Origin: Minisyncoccota bacterium
Lineage (GTDB): Bacteria; Patescibacteriota; Minisyncoccia; Phycocordibacterales; Phycocordibacteraceae
DNA length: 64,000 bases
NCBI GenBank assembly: GCA_041663025.1
Contig: JBAZRE010000001.1
Coordinates: forward strand, 71,585-135,584
Direction of reading: 5' to 3'
Positions 30,951-40,448 of this stretch are shown here, piece after piece; the first letter of the stretch is position 1; each line of letters begins with the position of its first letter. The notes under the pieces were generated by a model that was not told the DNA's origin, did not search any database, and worked only from the letters and a program-made list of their open reading frames with translations. The translations under genes and the position numbers were made by a program.

Positions 30951-32128
30951 AACAATTCAGAAGTATTTTCGCCGGAAAATGTAAAATCGAAGAAAATCTG
31001 TAGCAAGGCACCCGCAGCAAAGAACATGAGTAGAAATACAACAATCAAACCGATGGTTGGGATGAGCGAGATAATAGAGAGTACGAGCATACCGAGTACA
31101 CCATCGTGCCAAAGCGTTGTCTCGCGATGTATATAGCGACGCACGAATAGTCCGCCAAGAAGGATACCCGCGTATATGAGTGCGAGGAATACAACGAGTG
31201 CATAGGCAATAAAGAGGAGAAGTGCGATGCCGATACCAACGAACGTGAGCATTAGCACAACGAGGAGAATCGGTGTTGCAACGAGTATCGCGAATCCGAG
31301 TAAGATTGTGAGGAATATACTTCGTAAACGTTTTTTATAGGCATGTTCAACGACTGCTTGTGTTAGCTTAGGGAAAAGACCTGCGAGAAGACCCGCGAGA
31401 ATAAGTGCCCCGAGAATGCGCACAAGCAAAAAGAATCCGACGCTTACGAATGAAAGTATGCGCGACGTGCCCGCATTTGGCAGGTACGAGATGTTTTTAT
31501 ACTCAATTCCACCAAGTATTGTTACCGATGCTGGTAGATTTATCTTTTCTGGAGCCTCATAGGATAGCTTGCCATGAATCGTCGTACTCGCCATAACCCC
31601 CAAGTGACCGCCTGCGACAACCGTGACATCACCAGCGAAGTCACCAGCGAGCGAAACATTATTGCCATAGATGGTAACCGGGCCCACGGCTCCATTAGTC
31701 AGTGTCGTGTTCAGGGCAGTAATAAAAACGCTTCCGCTTGTGCGGCTAGAGTCATATACAGAGAAACCGAGGGCAACAAGGTCTCCTTTTATCGGTTTTT
31801 CAACAGAAATGCTCCCTCCAATAGCTCGAAAGTCTCCCGACACTTGAGCACGCGACCTTATAGATCCTGCGATGAGTAGTTCATCGCCTGCTACTGGTGC
31901 GGCAGTAATGACACTACCGCCAATCGCTGAGAGGTCACCCTCCACAGGAGCGGTGGTGACGACTGAAGCGCCAATAAAGTATGCATTCCCAGGAGAAGAG
32001 CTAGCGGAAAGAAGCGAACGTGCTGCTAAAAATGAGGATGGATTTGCCGCAAAGGCATTGCTTGCCGGCAGGCCTACACCCGCTGGAACGAGGAGCGAGA
32101 AGAGAAAAGTGAACACCACACGATTCAT
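30947..32128 (-). CDS. Signal-peptide protein with bactofilin-like beta-helix repeats and a C-terminal 4-5 TM domain
   Basis: Repeated units of the form GDxxAIGGSxxxxxPxxGD; the C-terminal third is hydrophobic. Confidence 0.5.
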   Translation of the reverse strand: MNRVVFTFLFSLLVPAGVGLPASNAFAANPSSFLAARSLLSASSSPGNAYFIGASVVTTAPVEGDLSAIGGSVITAAPVAGDELLIAGSIRSRAQVSGDFRAIGGSISVEKPIKGDLVALGFSVYDSSRTSGSVFITALNTTLTNGAVGPVTIYGNNVSLAGDFAGDVTVVAGGHLGVMASTTIHGKLSYEAPEKINLPASVTILGGIEYKNISYLPNAGTSRILSFVSVGFFLLVRILGALILAGLLAGLFPKLTQAVVEHAYKKRLRSIFLTILLGFAILVATPILLVVLMLTFVGIGIALLLFIAYALVVFLALIYAGILLGGLFVRRYIHRETTLWHDGVLGMLVLSIISLIPTIGLIVVFLLMFFAAGALLQIFFDFTFSGENTSELL

Positions 32129-32559
32129 GGCTGTGCAACCTTCATCACCGGCTCTATCAGACTCGCAAAAATCAAAACGATGAGCGCAATGAGTGCCGAA
32201 ACAAGACAGTAGATACAGAGTGCATGAATAACAAATATTTCAAGGAACGTGAGATAGGTTGACGCGACAACTCCAATAAGAGAAGCTGCCTGTAATACTC
32301 GACGCAATAGCCGATCGAATACAACGAGCTCGAGAGCTGCAACGACGAAAATGAAGGCATAGAACATTACACCGTATTCAGCAATCGAAATGCCGAGAAA
32401 GTGTGAGTATTGACTTGCAGCAACGATATTACAGCCAGAGAGATTATCAACGTTACAGATCAGCGGTGTATCACTCGCTTCAGTTTGGGCGAGATATATC
32501 GAGTCAGAAAGCCCAAAAAAGGCAAAGAGTAGGATGAGTATGACACCCACGCGTTTCAT
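32125..32559 (-). CDS. Vitamin K epoxide reductase (VKOR) family thiol-disulfide oxidoreductase
   Basis: Four TM helices, loop cysteines CNVDNLSGC and the active-site CIYC in a TM helix. Confidence 0.65.
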   Translation of the reverse strand: MKRVGVILILLFAFFGLSDSIYLAQTEASDTPLICNVDNLSGCNIVAASQYSHFLGISIAEYGVMFYAFIFVVAALELVVFDRLLRRVLQAASLIGVVASTYLTFLEIFVIHALCIYCLVSALIALIVLIFASLIEPVMKVAQP

Positions 32560-32601
32560 GATGCTAGAATACGCGTTTTGCTGATTCTGTGCAATCTATG
32601 A

Positions 32602-32787
32602 TTAAATGAAGCGCCGTGCGACAAAGAGCGCAATACCCGCAGCCAAATGAAGCCAGTTAGAAGCTCCATTCGTAACAAATAGAGCATTTTCGCCAATAAA
32701 CGGGTTTGAAGTGAATCCGAGAAGTCCGAGAAGCACAAAAATGGTACCGAGTATAATCGCAAATCTTTTGGTCATGTTCATAAGCAT
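32602..32787 (-). CDS. Small membrane protein (61 aa), unknown
   Basis: Two predicted TM helices; low evidence. Confidence 0.3.
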   Translation of the reverse strand: MLMNMTKRFAIILGTIFVLLGLLGFTSNPFIGENALFVTNGASNWLHLAAGIALFVARRFI

Positions 32788-32816
32788 ACTCCTCCAAGAA
32801 TAGGATAGGTTTCTGT

Positions 32817-33467
32817 GTGATGACGTCTGTGTATAACAAATCTGTTAGAATGAGACGATTCTTCCCCATGTTTGATTTTATTTCCCATCTTATCAACAGT
32901 GTGGCTGGTAATCCGATTATCTTGTCACTAACGATTATCGTCGGAACACTTTTTCTTGAAGATGCTGTTTCGGTCATTGTCGGCGTACTGGCTGCTGATG
33001 GTCATATATCAATTCCGCTCGCATTATTTTCACTCTACACTGGCGTTGTCGCAGGTGACATCGGATTCTATTTGCTCGGCTGGCTTGCAAGTACCCACAA
33101 GCGGCTCTCAAAGTATGTGGATCATGACCTCGTTGCGCCTTTGCGCGCATGGCTGGAGACACGTTTTATTCTCGCTGTTTTTTCTGCTCGATTTATCCCA
33201 GGCACCCGCTTCGCGACGTATACGGCGAGTGGTTTTTTCCGTTCTCCTTTTGCAACTTTTGTTGGCACAGCAATTACCGCAACTTCGGTTTGGATAACGT
33301 TTCTCTTCTTCTCATCATATCTGTTTGGTCATCTAACCTCAACGTGGATTGGGCCGGTGCGTTGGGGTGTAGCACTTATCTTCCTTCTTGTGCTTTTCTT
33401 TGTTGGTCGACATAATCTCCTCTCATACCGCGCAAAGCGGGATGAGTTGCGTGACACTATAAAATGA
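32817..33467 (+). CDS. DedA/TVP38 (VTT domain) membrane protein
   Basis: Motifs LFLEDAVS...GDIGFYLLG...ARFIPGTRFATYTASG. The start may be the internal MFDF. Confidence 0.75.
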   Translation: MMTSVYNKSVRMRRFFPMFDFISHLINSVAGNPIILSLTIIVGTLFLEDAVSVIVGVLAADGHISIPLALFSLYTGVVAGDIGFYLLGWLASTHKRLSKYVDHDLVAPLRAWLETRFILAVFSARFIPGTRFATYTASGFFRSPFATFVGTAITATSVWITFLFFSSYLFGHLTSTWIGPVRWGVALIFLLVLFFVGRHNLLSYRAKRDELRDTIK

Positions 33468-34381
33468 AAACGAAAATAATTCGTGCCGTCATCGCGATAC
33501 TCCTCACCTTCTCTGCTGGCGCCGCGGGATATACGCTCCGTGGAGAAACAATCGTTAGCACCCCTAGCATTCCCGCACAGACGGTCACCGCGCCAGCGGC
33601 AAATTCAGTGCGCGTGATCTATAGTTTGGACCAAAAGCAAAATGATAAAGAGATTATCGCGCTCATTGATGCCGCAAAAAGTCGTGTCTATTTCGCAATT
33701 TACACTTTTACCCTCCCAAGTATCGCCGATGCCCTCGTCGCCGCGAAAAAGCGCGGTGTGGATGTGCGCGGCATCATAGATTCAGAGCAAAGTAGTAATA
33801 GTTATGGCGCGCCCATTACTGCAAAACTACTCGCGGCAGGAATCCCAGTCGTGACCGAAAAACACTCAACTGGTAATGGCATCATGCATATAAAAACGCT
33901 CGTGACCGAATCAGCGTATGCCACCGGCAGCTACAACTGGACGAAGTCTGCAACAACCATAAATGATGAGATCCTCGAGATTGGAACTAATCCGGCGCTC
34001 CGTCAGACATATGAAAATATTTTAATAAAGTTACTCAACGCCTATAAAGGCAACAACGCGGTCCCGCTCAAAAGCGGGACCGCTTCCGTTTCTATCGGAC
34101 TTATTGATTACACCGAAGCCCCTAATCATATCGGCGAGACCGCCTCGGTGCGTGGCACCCTCGTCGAGGCTTACACCAGCAAGACCGGCACGGTCTTCCT
34201 CGACTTCTGCCAGAGCTACAAAACCTGCCCCTTCTCTGGGGTTATCTTCTCTGATGACGTAAAAGCCTTCGGCGACCTCTCGCGCTACGCTGGCACCACC
34301 GTCACCATCACCGGCAAAATCTCCTCCTACCAAGGCAAGGCCGAAATCGTCCTCTCCGACCCGAGCCAGATTTCAAAATGA
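33464..34381 (+). CDS. Secreted phospholipase D-family (Nuc-like) nuclease with C-terminal OB-fold domain
   Basis: Signal peptide; a single HKD motif MHIKTLV...GSYNWT; a C-terminal OB-like segment GKISSYQGKAEIVLSD. Confidence 0.7.
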   Translation: MKTKIIRAVIAILLTFSAGAAGYTLRGETIVSTPSIPAQTVTAPAANSVRVIYSLDQKQNDKEIIALIDAAKSRVYFAIYTFTLPSIADALVAAKKRGVDVRGIIDSEQSSNSYGAPITAKLLAAGIPVVTEKHSTGNGIMHIKTLVTESAYATGSYNWTKSATTINDEILEIGTNPALRQTYENILIKLLNAYKGNNAVPLKSGTASVSIGLIDYTEAPNHIGETASVRGTLVEAYTSKTGTVFLDFCQSYKTCPFSGVIFSDDVKAFGDLSRYAGTTVTITGKISSYQGKAEIVLSDPSQISK

Positions 34382-34426
34382 TATTGCGTTCCCTACCCTT
34401 TCCGTGCTATAGTCACCTTACTTCCA

Positions 34427-34987
34427 GTGGCTACTGAACGACTTCGCATAAATAATGAGATTCGCGCACCAGAGCTGCGCGTTATCGGTGCGGATGGTGG
34501 AAATCTCGGAGTTCTCTCGCTCGCCGATGCGCTCGCGGCCGCGAAGACCGCCGGATTGGATATTATCGAGATTTCTCCCTCGGCCGTCCCGCCCGTTGCG
34601 AAGATCATGGATTATGGTAAATTTGAATACGAGCGTAGCAAGAAGGAGAAGGTAGCCAAATCGAAGGTCAAAATATCAGAAACCAAGGAGGTCCAGATCA
34701 AGGTGGGCACTGGTGATAATGATATGCTCCTAAAGGCAAAAAAGGCAGCAGAATGGCTCGCCGAAGGGCACCGTGTCCGCGCCGAGCTCTTTCTGAAGGG
34801 TCGTTACAAGGGCATGAGTGAGGAGTTCCTCAAGACTCGTCTCGAGAAGTTCCTTTTGTGCATCCCCTACGCCTATAAGATTGCAGAGCCGGTCACTCGA
34901 AGCCCCAAGGGCTTCGCGGGCGTTATCGAGCGAGATGTAATCGCTCAGCAGAAGAGAGAAAAAGAGAATCCCACACCAAAATCATGA
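34427..34987 (+). CDS. infC: Translation initiation factor IF-3
   Basis: Begins RINNEIRAPELRVIGADGGNLGVLSLADAL, with a GTG start as is typical for infC. Confidence 0.9.
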   Translation: MATERLRINNEIRAPELRVIGADGGNLGVLSLADALAAAKTAGLDIIEISPSAVPPVAKIMDYGKFEYERSKKEKVAKSKVKISETKEVQIKVGTGDNDMLLKAKKAAEWLAEGHRVRAELFLKGRYKGMSEEFLKTRLEKFLLCIPYAYKIAEPVTRSPKGFAGVIERDVIAQQKREKENPTPKS

Positions 34988-35178
34988 AAACTAATAAATC
35001 ATATTCTAAGAGAATCCGCGTGACCCGTACGGGCAAGCTTATGGCGCGTAAGCCAGGCCAGGACCACTTCAACGCGAAGCAGAGCGGCTCAGAGCGAAGT
35101 GCCAAGCGTCGCTCGGTCTCTATCACGCTCTCCGCGCGCACTCGCCGACGCTTCCTCCCGGGAACGGGCGCTAAGTAA
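34984..35178 (+). CDS. rpmI: 50S ribosomal protein L35
   Basis: MKTNKSYSKRIRVTRTGKLMARK. Confidence 0.9.
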   Translation: MKTNKSYSKRIRVTRTGKLMARKPGQDHFNAKQSGSERSAKRRSVSITLSARTRRRFLPGTGAK

Positions 35179-35201
35179 TTAATTTTAGTAATAATTTTCG
35201 T

Positions 35202-35549
35202 ATGACAAGAATCAAAGGAGGTGTGCAGGCACAGAAGCGCCGCAAGAATGTGCTCGAAAGAGCGAAGGGCTTCCGCGGTGTCCGCTCGAAGAAGGAGCGT
35301 TACGCACACGAGGCGCTTATGCGCGCGGGCAAGTACTCCTTCGCCCACCGCCGCGATAAGAAGACCGACTTCCGCCAGCTCTGGATCGTTCGCCTTAATG
35401 CGGCGGTTCGTGAGGCAGGTCATAAGTCATACTCCACCTTTATTGCAAAGTTGAAGAAGAACGGCTTCACTCTGGATCGTAAGGTCCTCGCCGAATTCGC
35501 CGCCGACCGCCCCGAAATCTTCGAGAGAATCCAGAAGCAGGTTGTGTAA
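35202..35549 (+). CDS. rplT: 50S ribosomal protein L20
   Basis: MTRIKGGVQAQKRRKNVLERAKGFRG. Confidence 0.93.
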   Translation: MTRIKGGVQAQKRRKNVLERAKGFRGVRSKKERYAHEALMRAGKYSFAHRRDKKTDFRQLWIVRLNAAVREAGHKSYSTFIAKLKKNGFTLDRKVLAEFAADRPEIFERIQKQVV

Positions 35550-35659
35550 TGAAACAAACCTCGCCACGGAACTTGACTCTTTCACTAAATTAGTGATACC
35601 ATAGAGTTGGTGCTGGTTGGGCTGTCTTAATAGAGATAGATCATGAAAGGAGATGAACG

Positions 35660-35872
35660 ATGCTCGCTCACAAGAGGTTTAAAGAAAAAGTCCCTGTAGT
35701 AAATAAGGAAACTGGTCAAGAAGTTGGGGTGGCGCGCCCTTCATCTATACTTGCAGCGCACTTGCACAACAATTCGGTTTCGTGTTTGAAATTCGAGGGT
35801 AGGTATGTAGCGTGCATATTCGACCCCGATAACCCAACCGAAATTCAAATCTTCCCAACGAAAGATTTATAA
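35660..35872 (+). CDS. Hypothetical 70 aa protein
   Basis: AAAGGAG SD 8 nt upstream of the ATG; followed by an intrinsic terminator. Confidence 0.45.
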   Translation: MLAHKRFKEKVPVVNKETGQEVGVARPSSILAAHLHNNSVSCLKFEGRYVACIFDPDNPTEIQIFPTKDL

Positions 35873-35898
35873 CCCGCCTCAATGAATGAGGCATTGAG

Positions 35899-35925
35899 AC
35901 CCCACCGCTGTGGGGTTTTATATTA
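35899..35925 (+). terminator. Intrinsic terminator (CCCCAC-cgct-GTGGGG-TTTTATATT)
   Basis: Hairpin followed by a T-run. A second palindrome, CACCCCGCTC-gcaa-GAGCGGGGTG, lies at about 35985..36008. Confidence 0.6.
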
Positions 35926-36023
35926 TCCACACTAGCACTTGATTTTATCTAAGCGGTAGGATACATTGACTGAACAAACGGCTTCGGCCTGCACCCCGCT
36001 CGCAAGAGCGGGGTGAGAACGTT

Positions 36024-36416
36024 TTATAGGGAGAAACTTACTCTAACGACCTCTTGTAGAAGCGCACGAAACAGCTTTTCATCGAGAGTGCATATCTTAT
36101 TTTTCAATCGCTTGCGATCAATGAAGCGAACCTGTGAGAGTACCGCCACAGCATCTCGATCTTCGATTTTGCCAACAGAGAAATAATACTTACCCTGTTT
36201 TGGTCTCCCGGTTAGCGGCACGATAAGACATGCATCAAGGTTGAATTTTTTGAGGATAACAACGGGGCGTTCGAAGTCTTGACCACCATCTTGTTCAAAG
36301 CCAATATTTGCACCCAAGGCACACCACCACACTTCCCTTTCATGAAATAGAGCCGTGCCTTCAACCTTATTGAGATGTTCTTTTTTGGTATGCCACTTCC
36401 AAAAATCTTTTTCCAT
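36024..36416 (-). CDS. mazF: MazF/PemK-family endoribonuclease toxin (orphan)
   Basis: Blocks REVWWCALGANIGFEQDG-ERPVVILK, ACLIVPLTGRPKQGKYYF and DAVAVLSQVRFIDRKRL align with E. coli MazF. No antitoxin ORF lies in the 18 nt upstream gap. Confidence 0.75.
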   Translation of the reverse strand: MEKDFWKWHTKKEHLNKVEGTALFHEREVWWCALGANIGFEQDGGQDFERPVVILKKFNLDACLIVPLTGRPKQGKYYFSVGKIEDRDAVAVLSQVRFIDRKRLKNKICTLDEKLFRALLQEVVRVSFSL

Positions 36417-36434
36417 GCTTTTAAGTTTAAATAT

Positions 36435-37826
36435 TTAAATCTTTTTTACTGATTCTTTCGTGATCTCCCAGGTTTGGCCGACTTCGGGGACTATGGCGCG
36501 GGCGCCGAGGTAGTCGTGGACACGCTGAGCGAGAAATCGCTCGGTGGCGGGCTCACCCATCGCGACAAAGATCGCTTTTGGCCGCTTCTCGGCGAGCGCC
36601 GCCTCGGCGAAGGTGAGAAGTTCGTCCCGGTCAGCGTGTGCCGACCAACCCTCCAGAAGCTCCACTTTTGCTCTTATTTTGACCTCATGGCCATTGAGGC
36701 GTACAGAGGGCGAACCCTCCGCCATGCGCCTCCCAGGGCTCCCAGGGGCCTGATAACCGGCGATTATCAGGGTCGTGGTTGGATCGGGCAGATAGAGCGA
36801 CTCCCACTTCCCTATCCTGCCGCCATGACTCATGCCAGCGCCAGCGATAATGATCTTCGGGTTTGGAGTATTCTTTATCGCCTCAGACTCCTCGCGTGAA
36901 AGCGTCTCCTTGAGGAACGGAAATTCAAAAATACTTTTTTCTCTTTTCATCTCCTCTTCGGTCTCGGGCTTAAAATATTTCATCCCCCACTTTTCATAAA
37001 TAGCCGTAACGTGTATCGCGAGTGGCGAATCAAGAAAGACAGGGATCTTTGTTAATTGTTTGGCATCAAAAAAATTAGAGAGCTCATAGAGCATAAGTTG
37101 TGTGCGCTCGAGTGAAAATGCGGGGATGAGGATGGTGCCGTTCTTCGCAATTGCCTTTTTCAGCACCTCGACCAAGATCTCAGTGCGTCGCTGCTGCTCC
37201 GGATGAATTCTATCTCCGTACACACTCTCCATCACCATCGCATCGGCGTCAGGCACTGGCTCCCAATTGGGCAAGAGTGGTGAGGGTGAATTACCAATGT
37301 CGCCAGTTAGTACAATCGTTGTTCCCTCTTCATCAGTGATTCGCACGCTCGCCGAGCCAAGTATATGACCGGTATTGCGAAGATATATTGAAAGACCATC
37401 GGCAATTTTTTTCTCTTTATGATATTCAAGTGTTTCGATAAGCGAGATTGCCAGATCAACATCCTTTTCTTCATAGATAGGCAGCACGCCGTTTCTAGCA
37501 GCCTCTTCGCCCAAGATGCCAACCGAGTCACGCAAGATAAGCTCAGCGAGATCCTTGGTCGGCGGCGTCATGTATATCTTCCCGCGAAACCCGTCTCGAA
37601 CTAATTTTGGAATACGGCCGACATGGTCAAGATGTGCGTGCGTTAATACAAGCGCTTCAATAGTTTTTGCATCATACGGAAACGCATCGTGCATGTGTGC
37701 CTCACTGAAGTCATGGCCTTGTTCTATTCCACAATCAACGAGAATTTTTCCTTTTGATCCTTCAACCAAAAAATTTGAACCGGTTACTTTCCCGGTGCCA
37801 CCATAAAAACTTAAACGCAATGACAT
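36435..37826 (-). CDS. MBL-fold beta-CASP RNA-metabolising hydrolase (COG1236/CPSF73-like)
   Basis: HxHxDH motif LTHAHLDHVGR, beta-CASP motifs and a C-terminal His. Length is 463 aa. Confidence 0.75.
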   Translation of the reverse strand: MSLRLSFYGGTGKVTGSNFLVEGSKGKILVDCGIEQGHDFSEAHMHDAFPYDAKTIEALVLTHAHLDHVGRIPKLVRDGFRGKIYMTPPTKDLAELILRDSVGILGEEAARNGVLPIYEEKDVDLAISLIETLEYHKEKKIADGLSIYLRNTGHILGSASVRITDEEGTTIVLTGDIGNSPSPLLPNWEPVPDADAMVMESVYGDRIHPEQQRRTEILVEVLKKAIAKNGTILIPAFSLERTQLMLYELSNFFDAKQLTKIPVFLDSPLAIHVTAIYEKWGMKYFKPETEEEMKREKSIFEFPFLKETLSREESEAIKNTPNPKIIIAGAGMSHGGRIGKWESLYLPDPTTTLIIAGYQAPGSPGRRMAEGSPSVRLNGHEVKIRAKVELLEGWSAHADRDELLTFAEAALAEKRPKAIFVAMGEPATERFLAQRVHDYLGARAIVPEVGQTWEITKESVKKI

Positions 37827-37844
37827 ATAAGAACTTTAACACGT

Positions 37845-37882
37845 GAAAAAACCGTCCTCGCTGTTAGCGGGACGGTTTTTTC
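37845..37882. terminator. Bidirectional intrinsic terminator (A6-AACCGTCC-loop-GGACGGTT-T6)
   Basis: An 8 bp stem with a flanking A-run and T-run. Confidence 0.6.
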
Positions 37883-38072
37883 ACGGAGTCATTCCCTAGA
37901 GCAACTTTATCTTGCCAGGTGGGTGCTCTATCGCACACTCATCGGAACGCCGAAGCACTCAACCAGAATACGCGAACTAACGAGCTCCCAAAATATAGGC
38001 AAGTTGCGAAAAAAAGGAACGACTCCACTTACAAGTATACACCCCGTGTCAATAGATTTGATGAAGGATGGG

Positions 38073-38549
38073 TTAGAACGATTCTTCGGCGTTAATGAAT
38101 CCAAAATCATTACGCGTATAATCAAAAAGCTCCTCCTCTTTAAAGAATCGAGTGACTTCTGTGACACCTGCTTCGACACTATCTGACGCATGAACGATGT
38201 TTGATTGCATAGAGAGCGAGAGATCACCACGGATCGTGCCCGCAGCAGCCTCATAGGCCTTCGTCGGGCCGACAATAAGACGAGTTGCGGCAACCGCATT
38301 AATCCCCGAGAGAGCCATGACTACCACGGGAGCTGATTTCATATAGCTCTTGATGCCACTAAAGAACGGCTTATCCTTGATATGCGCATAATGTGCTTCG
38401 AGGAGAGCGTCTTCGAGCTGGATCATCTTCATGCCGATAATCTTGAGACCTTTGCGCTCTAAGCGACTGATGACTTCTCCCATAAGTCCGCGGTGCACCG
38501 CATCGGGTTTAAGAATAATAAGAGCCTTTTCTTCTTTTGGATGTGCCAT
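38073..38549 (-). CDS. ndk: Nucleoside diphosphate kinase
   Basis: Active-site His in NIVHASDS; 158 aa. Confidence 0.92.
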   Translation of the reverse strand: MAHPKEEKALIILKPDAVHRGLMGEVISRLERKGLKIIGMKMIQLEDALLEAHYAHIKDKPFFSGIKSYMKSAPVVVMALSGINAVAATRLIVGPTKAYEAAAGTIRGDLSLSMQSNIVHASDSVEAGVTEVTRFFKEEELFDYTRNDFGFINAEESF

Positions 38550-39313
38550 TATCTTGTGATGATACGCGCTCCGTCCTTTTGGAGCAAGATCGTGTGCTCG
38601 AAGTGGGCTGAACGCGAACCATCTTTTGTTCTGAAGGTGTAGCCGTCGGGAGAAAGTGTGACCGCTGATTTTCCTGCGGCTGAGATCGGCTCGAGAGCGA
38701 GTACCATACCTTCTTTCAGTTCTATCCCCTTACCAGCGCGGCCGAAGTTAGAGATATACGGTTCTTCGTGCACTTCATCACCCACTCCGTGCCCGCCGAG
38801 TGCCTTCACCACACTGAATCCTGCTCCTTCAATTTCTTCTTGAATCGCGTGTGAAATATCTCCCATATGACCTCCCACTTTTGCTGCGGCAATACCTGCA
38901 GCGAGTGCTGCTTCGGTAGTATGGAGCAACTTTTTTGATTCTCCATCTATTTTCCCAACGGGGACAGTAACAGCAGCATCAACAACAACGCCTTCATGAG
39001 TGAGCCCGAAATCCAAACCGACTATGTCACCTTCTTTCAAAACTTTCGGTGACTCATTTGGAATGCCGTGCACGACTTCGTCGTTTATCGAGACGCAAAG
39101 CGCTGCTGGATAAGAGCGCGAAGCGCCATCAGGTGTGTAGCCGAGGAAAGCGGGAGAATCACCACCTTCACGAATGAGTTGCTCAACCAAATCATCAAGC
39201 TCTTCTGCTGTTACCCCAGCCGCAACCTTGTCGCGAAGCACGGCCATGATGCGCGCGAGACGCTTCCCTGCTTCGACAAGCTTCTCCTGCTCAGAAGCAT
39301 TTGTAATTATCAT
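38549..39313 (-). CDS. map: Methionine aminopeptidase type I
   Basis: Pita-bread fold motifs and metal ligands (D, D, H, E, E) in the expected contexts. Confidence 0.92.
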   Translation of the reverse strand: MIITNASEQEKLVEAGKRLARIMAVLRDKVAAGVTAEELDDLVEQLIREGGDSPAFLGYTPDGASRSYPAALCVSINDEVVHGIPNESPKVLKEGDIVGLDFGLTHEGVVVDAAVTVPVGKIDGESKKLLHTTEAALAAGIAAAKVGGHMGDISHAIQEEIEGAGFSVVKALGGHGVGDEVHEEPYISNFGRAGKGIELKEGMVLALEPISAAGKSAVTLSPDGYTFRTKDGSRSAHFEHTILLQKDGARIITR

Positions 39314-39882
39314 TGCAAATTAAGCACCTTGAGAATATCTTCTGCGATTGGCTCGCGCGCCCGCTCGCCGTCTATTTCAATAAGCATGCCTTTCTCGCGA
39401 AACATCTCGACGACCGGCTCGGTGTTCGCATAATATTCTTTCAAACGCTCATCAACAATACTCCCCGTATCGTCCACGCGACCTTGAATCTCTTTGCGCA
39501 AAGAAATTCGTTTTTTAATTTCTTCATCAGATACTTTTAAATACAAAACAGAGAACGATCGGTTAAGCCAGCTAAGAGCTTCAACCGCCAGTTCTGCTTC
39601 GGGAAGTTTTCGGCTGAATCCGTCAAAGATGATACTTTCATCTTCTGCGAGCGAAAAAAGATTTTTTAAAAATAAATAGACGGCGAACCAGTGCGGAGCG
39701 AGAAGTCCAGCGTCTATTTCTGCTTTCATTTTTCGTCCAACCGGAGTATCTTCGGCCGCTATCGCGCGGAAGCCGTCTCCACTCGACAAGATTCTCCATC
39801 CTGTTTTTTCCGAGAGAAACTTCGACTGATCATCTTTCCCGCAGCCCGGCTTCCCGATAAAAAAAATGGTTTTTGTTTCCAT
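39310..39882 (-). CDS. adk: Adenylate kinase
   Basis: P-loop GKPGCGKDDQ with LID/NMP-binding segments. Confidence 0.9.
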   Translation of the reverse strand: METKTIFFIGKPGCGKDDQSKFLSEKTGWRILSSGDGFRAIAAEDTPVGRKMKAEIDAGLLAPHWFAVYLFLKNLFSLAEDESIIFDGFSRKLPEAELAVEALSWLNRSFSVLYLKVSDEEIKKRISLRKEIQGRVDDTGSIVDERLKEYYANTEPVVEMFREKGMLIEIDGERAREPIAEDILKVLNLQ

Positions 39883-39970
39883 CTGACTACTTTAACATTC
39901 TCGAAATGTTTCGCAATAAAATGAAAAACCTCCGAATCTCTGCTTGCGCAAAGACCCGGAGGGTAAAACT

Positions 39971-40360
39971 TTATTCAATTTCAATCCTCCCTTCACTTAC
40001 TGCTCTCCTTACGTCGACTGCTGCCACTTCCCGAAGCCAATTCAAGATTGAATTCATATCGAACGGCTTTTCAATCACTTCGTCGGCAAGATGATCGATT
40101 GGCACCCCATTTGGGTTACCGGTTATGATGAGTACCGGCATATTTGATTTTTGGCATTTTGCTATTTTCGTTAGCTCGGCGCCGTCCATTCTTGGCATCT
40201 CTAAGTCAGTGATTAATACATCTGCGTTGTTGAGATACTGAATAGCACTTCCTCCGTCTACACACGCGATTACTTCGAATTCGAAATTCTCAAGAAACCC
40301 TTTAAGAAATTCTCGCATCGTTTTCGAATCGTCAACAAGTAGCACTTTCTTTTTTCTCAT
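39971..40360 (-). CDS. Single-domain response regulator (REC only) inserted between secY and adk
   Basis: Begins MRKKKVLLVDDS, with DLEMPRMDG and a conserved Lys. AGGAGG SD 8 nt upstream; extended -10 TGaTATACT further upstream. Confidence 0.75.
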   Translation of the reverse strand: MRKKKVLLVDDSKTMREFLKGFLENFEFEVIACVDGGSAIQYLNNADVLITDLEMPRMDGAELTKIAKCQKSNMPVLIITGNPNGVPIDHLADEVIEKPFDMNSILNWLREVAAVDVRRAVSEGRIEIE

Positions 40361-40448
40361 CTCTATGCCTCCTCTTTTTAGACTTGTTTTGTACTTCTTA
40401 TCTCTGTCTGTGGAACAGTATATCACCCTTTTTGCAAAACGCAAACGG

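Noticed and set aside
37886-38072. A 190 nt non-coding stretch between ndk and the bidirectional terminator, considered as a possible sRNA
   Set aside because: No convincing promoter or structure could be defined by eye. The plus-strand ORF 37923..38186 and the minus ORF 37928..38299 look spurious.
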